IMG/VR virus record: IMGVR_UViG_3300012007_000016
Coordinates: 7,381 to 71,380 of that record
Length of the DNA stretch: 64,000 nucleotides
Source: a virus
Lineage: Duplodnaviria; Caudoviricetes
Reading direction: 5' to 3' (one strand)
In this document: positions 59,701-64,000 of the stretch, piece after piece
Position numbering within the stretch: the stretch's first letter is position 1
How the letters are laid out: each line of letters begins with the position of its first letter
The notes under the pieces: generated by a model
What the model was told of the DNA's origin: nothing
Seen by the model: the letters and a program-made list of their open reading frames with translations, nothing else
Database searches by the model: none
Position numbers and translations under genes: made by a program

Positions 59701-62700
59701 GCACAATATGATATTGAAAATGAGGATGACAATGATAAAAAAATAAAAAGAATAAATAATAATGATACATATTATTTAAATGACAAAGTTATCATCTTTA
59801 AGAACAATATTAACAATGATGAATATAAAAAATATTTTAAGACAGTAATCATTAATTATCTTATGCAAATAATACCATCAACCGCAATTTTTGTTTTGGA
59901 AAATTTTGCGCTTAATGGTGATAAAGATGAAGATGATAGTGATAAATTTTCAGTTACTTTTAAATTTAACAACGGCAGTCAAAGAACTGTTAAGATAAAA
60001 GGTGGTGCAAGCGTAAATTGCCCATCAAATACGAAATGGAATTTACAAGGTGGCGGTAATACTATATATGAACAAGGAAATGGATTCCCATATGTAGTTA
60101 ATCAAGATACTACTTTTATTGAATATGTTATTGTATATTATACCGTTCGTTTCTATGAGACTGAAGGTGGACAATTAATACGAACGGATTCTATTGAAGG
60201 TGGAAAAACTGTAAATGCAAGCGGACAATGGTATCGTTTGGGTGATGCAAATAAGGAACAAATCACATTCCCATATAAGGTTGATAGTAATGTGGATTTT
60301 GTAAAACTTGTCAAATTCAATATTAAATGGTATGAAAACGCTGATGATACAAATCCGACAACACAACAAGTTACACGTGGTGACAACATAACGCCACTTG
60401 AGTCTGACCAAAGATATTATCGTAAGAATGACAGTAGATATACAATAGTATCATTCCCGATTAGAGCACAACAGAATGAGGAATTTGTAAAAGTTACAAC
60501 ATATACAGTAAAATGGTATCAAAGCGAGGATGACACTAATCCGGAAGTACAAAATAATGTAATTTACGGACAAAGTGTTACCAAATCAGGCCAATGGTGC
60601 TTGAAGGGTACACAAACAATTATAAGACTGCCATATCGTATTACGCAGAACACTGATTTTGTAAAATACGTTGAGCCGACTGTTTATTACACGGTTCGTT
60701 TCCTTGATAGTGATGGTACAACAGTGCTTGATAGGCAAGAGATTGAGGAAGGACAAAGTGTTAGTCTGAGAACTGACCTTGAACAGTATAGTTGGTATCT
60801 CAGTGGTGAGGCAACCCAATCAGAAGTTAGGTTTCCATACAGTCCGATTAATGGTCCAACAGATTTTATAAAGGTTAAAGAGTTCAATGTTAACTGGTAT
60901 GATACTGACGATACAGTTGAGCCACCTAAGTTCACTGTACAATTCCGTCTCACGGAGACAGCAGAGCCTATGGACACGCAAGAAATAACGGCAGGTGAAA
61001 AAGTTTCATTAAGGGATGAATGCATAAATTATAAGTGGTATCGTTTGGGTGATGCAAATAAGGCACAAGTCACATTCCCATATGAGGTTAATAACAATAT
61101 TACGTTTATTAGAATCGTTAGTTACACATATGTTTTCGAAAGTGTCAGCCCAACTCAGACAACAATAGCATACAATGTTTCGCATACTGATTTCGTTATC
61201 AGAACAACGCTTAACGGACAATTACACAATTTCACGGCAACCGTTACACAAGGAGAAGATTGGCTAAGTGTTGAGAACATTGGAAGTGCTGATGCACAAA
61301 ATGGGACTTTGACTCTTAAAACAACTTCGTATGTCAATACAGATAGCCAAAGGACGGGTACTTTAAAGTTAGTACAAGATGACAGTAATAAGACAATTAC
61401 ATTACAAATCACACAAGATGCTATACCACAAACAGATGGTGAAATTACACTAAGAGTAAAAAATTCCAGAACAACTGGTGTGCCAATAGAAAGTGTTCAT
61501 ATTACATTTAAGATTGGTGATGTTGACAAAATGGTGGTTGTAGGTGATAATATTCCAATCAACGGTGGTGAACGTAGCACAACATTTACTATAAATAATA
61601 CTCAAAAGAGTCAGGATATCATAGCAGATAGTGTTTACATACAGCCACAAATGATAAATGCTAGTTTCACACAGTCACCAAATCCTTATAAATATAATGG
61701 AGTAGGACAAGACGGTGCTATTGAATTGTTCATTGAGATACTTGATGAACCAGAACCTGTTACACCTTCTTTTGAATTATATCCGGAAGTTCTAGCACAT
61801 AATACTAGTACCTTACAACCAAATATTAGTAATTCATCCACTTCATATACAATTCCTTTATTATATTTCCAAGGTAATATTAACTTTTTTATGAGGGTTG
61901 AACAAACAAATGCGGGTGAAGTTACGGTAAGTCATAGCCGTTTTACTGGAATGGATTATGTATATAAAATTGATGATTATGGTTATGGTTTCTTTAGGGC
62001 TTCTTCTTGGGTTGGAGGTGGTGGTAGTTTGTATAATCATACTACCGACATTAGTTTAATACCTTCAAATGATACAACTTTGGCAAAAACATTAAGAATA
62101 ACCGCACAATATGATGAAAATAATACGGTGTTCTTCAAGGATTTTTATACGGCTAAATTAATTAGAATACCTTTCAGTGGGTTAGAAGACAGTTTGACTG
62201 TTGAGTTTTTCCCATATACATTTACTGATGAATATTTCTATTTGCCGGCTAAAATGTGTAAAATTGATGTTTCAAATATTGGTAATACTATTGATGGTGA
62301 ACTTATAAAACACCCAATTATTACAGAAATTCCTTCTGAGGGGGATAATGGAACTTTTGTTAATATAAATATTACTAATTCTGATGAACATTCTTCTATT
62401 AACTATAATGTTGGTGTAAATAATACCGGAAAATATAGGTATGCCTTTTTTCATATTTCAAGAACGTCTTCAACTATGAATTATAATAATTTAAATGGTG
62501 TTCAAGTACATTTTATACAAGAACCATTCTCACTAAATAGAATATATTATGGTAATGTTCCTAAAGACCCATCACATTGGGAAGCATATATGAGAGATAA
62601 ATCAGACAACTTAAAATATCATACCTATTTCCAATTTGCAAATAGCGAAATTGTTACTTCTTCAAAGGAAATTAGTGCATTAAAAAGTAATAATAACAAT

Positions 62701-62868
62701 AATCGTGTAAATGTGTTGTGCGTACCAACTACTTTGGCTCACACTATTACACCAACCATTAGTACAAACGATATTATAACAAATAATTATATGTGGGGAA
62801 ATCAATCATACATTATATATAAATTGGCTTCTTCCGAAGATACAACATATACAATTAACATTACTTAA
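56746..62868 (+). CDS. Baseplate wedge-like/tail fibre protein B (2040 aa); C-terminal repeat array, BACON-like, Ig-like and tip domains
   Basis: RIFETKGTRQSIDMIMGLFG wedge-type motif; about six ~55-62-aa repeats (YTVRF...FPY...DFVK); C-terminal ~720 aa paralogous to fibre A. Confidence 0.7.
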   Translation: MAQYIKHNSNYIKTVEHQHLKDGSTIFERDWVTIGSQLNFGPGKIPYYNDGNFIFTTSPTPFFQKRYKNGVTVATWTYEDVKEASSTVNQIQFDEYTEDIRSFVYYGSCVELLRATIEKIIYEFPGNIKVSDEELGVYKSVEEFECEEENKEEKYVPLHDVGESDNEQTLWTLKNPFDINFFLQNVQLTKYDNPLRYLTYSWKDYLVSTGGEFNEITSYEVVMRQMYEKEAEPCVETVKVYENTVTIGNKTETKPLKLKAGNYFVILTDNEGEGQKVNNWEDLCYQSTDRKYCTIDEDASEIVIKDVGGGVINVKVNGKTIYDKQWEEDAIMVFYREVKIPRTYKYYQMFSEEEYNNTFSQQGWVKSDCIMKFWLPDSVFLNRCDEFQRNILYSEESNIGKNQAVYTVKINNDIIIEGYIYDGEVIPLVRNKDKNLVIQPKEEIIETYFNGLKGFEKQLLTRKTNPLYTNKFITPIEYNLGYLYYNRTYTWPSDGYCIDITSTKYIDFINKLSNMAELYDELWTDNLWRRMTHEAIKNYDWTYTREFIDGDEEDNVDGGERMHKVLNIIGRVFDDIKLSIDTIKRQNKTTYNGDRNVPNALLSDKLELFGWDIYSTIPTYKNENDETVSASEETITQEVLDNIENEVEVNGKKIYPDKWYPTSNPNKITFGDADVEFMRRLLLSTRRIFETKGTRQSIDMIMGLFGYGDTDYTITEHYRTVTPREYDEVIDQETNETLGDRIVRLNNQEKQMELLYEEDASGIPVASFIGGYDEQGNTKTYLIPYYDQTKMYDGNLYFQNKGGWFYKKDDESTEIDFSKWTETLSYLHVVSQVKDLMNVNPFEIKNGDIYYVANLSDYIDYTETTDTLYSHFFALKNELMPEEFSSWVNINLEDGFYEGSIDYTDEEATLYDSYAKKAKYLETIIPYNIGNNPHVGYGEYDMGNEFFEYMKKPFKYALDKYYFTSPYYEEANDAKLEFDVSDRIDAQYDIENEDDNDKKIKRINNNDTYYLNDKVIIFKNNINNDEYKKYFKTVIINYLMQIIPSTAIFVLENFALNGDKDEDDSDKFSVTFKFNNGSQRTVKIKGGASVNCPSNTKWNLQGGGNTIYEQGNGFPYVVNQDTTFIEYVIVYYTVRFYETEGGQLIRTDSIEGGKTVNASGQWYRLGDANKEQITFPYKVDSNVDFVKLVKFNIKWYENADDTNPTTQQVTRGDNITPLESDQRYYRKNDSRYTIVSFPIRAQQNEEFVKVTTYTVKWYQSEDDTNPEVQNNVIYGQSVTKSGQWCLKGTQTIIRLPYRITQNTDFVKYVEPTVYYTVRFLDSDGTTVLDRQEIEEGQSVSLRTDLEQYSWYLSGEATQSEVRFPYSPINGPTDFIKVKEFNVNWYDTDDTVEPPKFTVQFRLTETAEPMDTQEITAGEKVSLRDECINYKWYRLGDANKAQVTFPYEVNNNITFIRIVSYTYVFESVSPTQTTIAYNVSHTDFVIRTTLNGQLHNFTATVTQGEDWLSVENIGSADAQNGTLTLKTTSYVNTDSQRTGTLKLVQDDSNKTITLQITQDAIPQTDGEITLRVKNSRTTGVPIESVHITFKIGDVDKMVVVGDNIPINGGERSTTFTINNTQKSQDIIADSVYIQPQMINASFTQSPNPYKYNGVGQDGAIELFIEILDEPEPVTPSFELYPEVLAHNTSTLQPNISNSSTSYTIPLLYFQGNINFFMRVEQTNAGEVTVSHSRFTGMDYVYKIDDYGYGFFRASSWVGGGGSLYNHTTDISLIPSNDTTLAKTLRITAQYDENNTVFFKDFYTAKLIRIPFSGLEDSLTVEFFPYTFTDEYFYLPAKMCKIDVSNIGNTIDGELIKHPIITEIPSEGDNGTFVNINITNSDEHSSINYNVGVNNTGKYRYAFFHISRTSSTMNYNNLNGVQVHFIQEPFSLNRIYYGNVPKDPSHWEAYMRDKSDNLKYHTYFQFANSEIVTSSKEISALKSNNNNNRVNVLCVPTTLAHTITPTISTNDIITNNYMWGNQSYIIYKLASSEDTTYTINIT
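59950..61125 (+). repeat. Intragenic tandem array of about six degenerate ~55-62-aa beta-repeats (InlB B-repeat-like)
   Basis: Recurring Y/F-T-V-x-F/W...W-Y...F-P-Y/I...D-F-V/I-K; 54-bp DNA repeat 60229-60282 vs 61036-61089 with 3 mismatches. Confidence 0.8.
60694..61747 (+). repeat. Copy 2 of the ~1.1-kb direct repeat shared with 42222-43338
   Basis: Begins GTTCGTTTCCTTGATAGTGA, ends with the 72-bp identical tract ...GAGATACTTGATG. Confidence 0.95.
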
Positions 62869-62871
62869 AAT

Positions 62872-63816
62872 ATGACAGACATAAAAGCAATTGCAAATAG
62901 AAACAGTATTGTTTTAAAGATAGACACGTCATTTTTTAAAACAAGGTCAAAAACAACTTATTCATGGGCTTATGCTGATTATACTGTAAATACTTCTGGA
63001 CAATATTCAGATATAGTAAATCTTGGGGTTTGTTATTATACCACAAACAGTAATCAAGTTACTTATATACCTTTTGATAGTACACAAATGTTACATTCAA
63101 GCGATTATAAAACACATTCCGTAACATCAACATGTGTTAAAGTTGGTGATTTAACTGTGAAAGTGAGAATGGTCCCAACTTTTCCTATATTTTGTCTATT
63201 AGAAGGTCTTACAAGTGGTACTACCTATCATATAGGTGGGTATTATGAATCTTCCAATTCATCTAAAACACCTTTAGGATATAGTGTAGTAACTACAAAA
63301 CCGTCAAGAGATACATCAGAGACAGGATTAAAATTTAATGACGTTAATTTTAATACTGATAGGATTGATACAACAGAAAAAGAAAATAAAGCAACATTAA
63401 TGAAAAATGATTTGCAACAAATATTACCATTAGTGACTGATATGTTTAATGATACAACTAATGTAAATTTCGAATATTCACCAAAGATTACTTATGAATC
63501 TTCTAATTGGTATGCCAACAGTGGAATGAATTTTAATTGTTATAGTTATAATACAAGTGATATAGAAAATCTGAGAAGCAGTACAATTCATGAGTTGGAA
63601 CATAATCATTTTAAGTCATATATTAACAGATTTATAAATAATTTTAGTACAGAGCCTAAAGTTATTAAATTTATGGAATTTGTCACTGATTGTGAACGTG
63701 CTACATGGGGACAGATACAAAGTCATTTTTACCCAATAATCAGTTCTGCTAGATATGATTATTTGGATGATTATTTAGTGTGTATGGCTACAGATGTAGA
63801 TTATTTATTTGAATAA
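62872..63816 (+). CDS. FN3-like + HExxH zinc metallopeptidase-like protein (copy 2, 314 aa)
   Basis: LEGLTSGTTYHIGGYY FN3-like motif; HELEH at 63589; KFMEF...SH.YP.ISSARY.Y.DD.LV shared with 44482-45426. Confidence 0.7.
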   Translation: MTDIKAIANRNSIVLKIDTSFFKTRSKTTYSWAYADYTVNTSGQYSDIVNLGVCYYTTNSNQVTYIPFDSTQMLHSSDYKTHSVTSTCVKVGDLTVKVRMVPTFPIFCLLEGLTSGTTYHIGGYYESSNSSKTPLGYSVVTTKPSRDTSETGLKFNDVNFNTDRIDTTEKENKATLMKNDLQQILPLVTDMFNDTTNVNFEYSPKITYESSNWYANSGMNFNCYSYNTSDIENLRSSTIHELEHNHFKSYINRFINNFSTEPKVIKFMEFVTDCERATWGQIQSHFYPIISSARYDYLDDYLVCMATDVDYLFE

Positions 63817-63857
63817 GTGAAACATTATTTAATAATTTTCTAAAACATTATTATTAG

Positions 63858-64000
63858 ATGAATTTATATACAATTGATTGTAAAACATATATTCTGAATG
63901 GTACAGAAAAGACATTTGGTGAGGAAAAGACGGTTGAAACCGATAATAAAGAGATTCGTGCAACTTTCTTCATTGAATGTAATAATGTGCAAGATAATTT
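63858..64000 (+). CDS. Partial ORF running off the window end
   Basis: ATG 63858, MNLYTIDCKTYILNG..., no stop before 64000. Confidence 0.5.
   Translation, partial: MNLYTIDCKTYILNGTEKTFGEEKTVETDNKEIRATFFIECNNVQDN

Noticed and set aside
60229-60282. 54-bp repeat whose 3 mismatches are all A in this copy (DGR-like pattern)
   Set aside because: Only three sites in AT-rich DNA; similarity breaks down on both flanks with non-A differences; better explained by repeat-unit conversion.
42222-61747. Diversity-generating retroelement (TR/VR) interpretation of the fibre repeats
   Set aside because: Mismatches include C/T, T/C and C/G rather than only adenines, there are indels, both copies are coding, and no reverse transcriptase is in the window.
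42222-61747. Invertible shufflon-type tail fibre switch
   Set aside because: Repeats are direct, not inverted; all genes are on one strand; no invertase or silent reverse-oriented tips were seen.
29-62454. Numerous 60-160-aa minus-strand and alternate-frame ORFs in the track (e.g. 6910-7356, 16714-17193, 18372-18755)
   Set aside because: They lie wholly within long + strand genes, have hydrophobic F/I/L/S shadow composition typical of AT-rich antisense frames, and show no motifs.
1-64000. TAG-to-Gln recoding (genetic code 15) as in some gut Bacteroidota phages
   Set aside because: Genes up to 9 kb are uninterrupted in the standard code, and TAG serves as an ordinary stop (2489, 16968, 17565, 19506, 35122).

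Overview
AT-rich segment of a large, apparently lytic, contractile-tailed (myovirus-like) phage genome. All credible genes are on the + strand; the only minus-strand coding trace is a tnpA remnant. Five TTTG-N19-20-TAnnTTTG promoters, BACON-like domains and class III RNR point to an anaerobic Bacteroidota host (inference). Layout: (1) 17-17565, tail/baseplate block 1: gp26-like and small chaperone-like genes, tape measure, tube-fold/OmpA-like protein, LysM/gp53-like protein, a secreted moron, a 1968-aa hub with a C-terminal CHAP/NlpC-like domain, and an SLT transglycosylase. (2) 17627-31110, replication/nucleotide block: gp32-like SSB, thymidine kinase, RecA, lipoprotein, candidate structured ncRNA, 5'-3' exonuclease, DnaB, NrdD-Trx-NrdG and a degenerate second NrdG. 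(3) 31216-64000, baseplate wedge and fibre block, interrupted by a non-autonomous IS200/IS605 element (intact tnpB, decayed tnpA). The most notable structure is a ~3.2-kb module present twice (42222-45426 and 60694-63816). It comprises B-repeat/BACON/Ig/tip domains plus a downstream 314-aa FN3-HExxH metallopeptidase gene, is grafted onto two unrelated giant structural proteins, and has identical DNA tracts that stop exactly where the tip domains diverge. No tRNA, rRNA, CRISPR array, reverse transcriptase, capsid, terminase or DNA polymerase gene was recognised. All domain calls are motif recognition by eye, not database hits.
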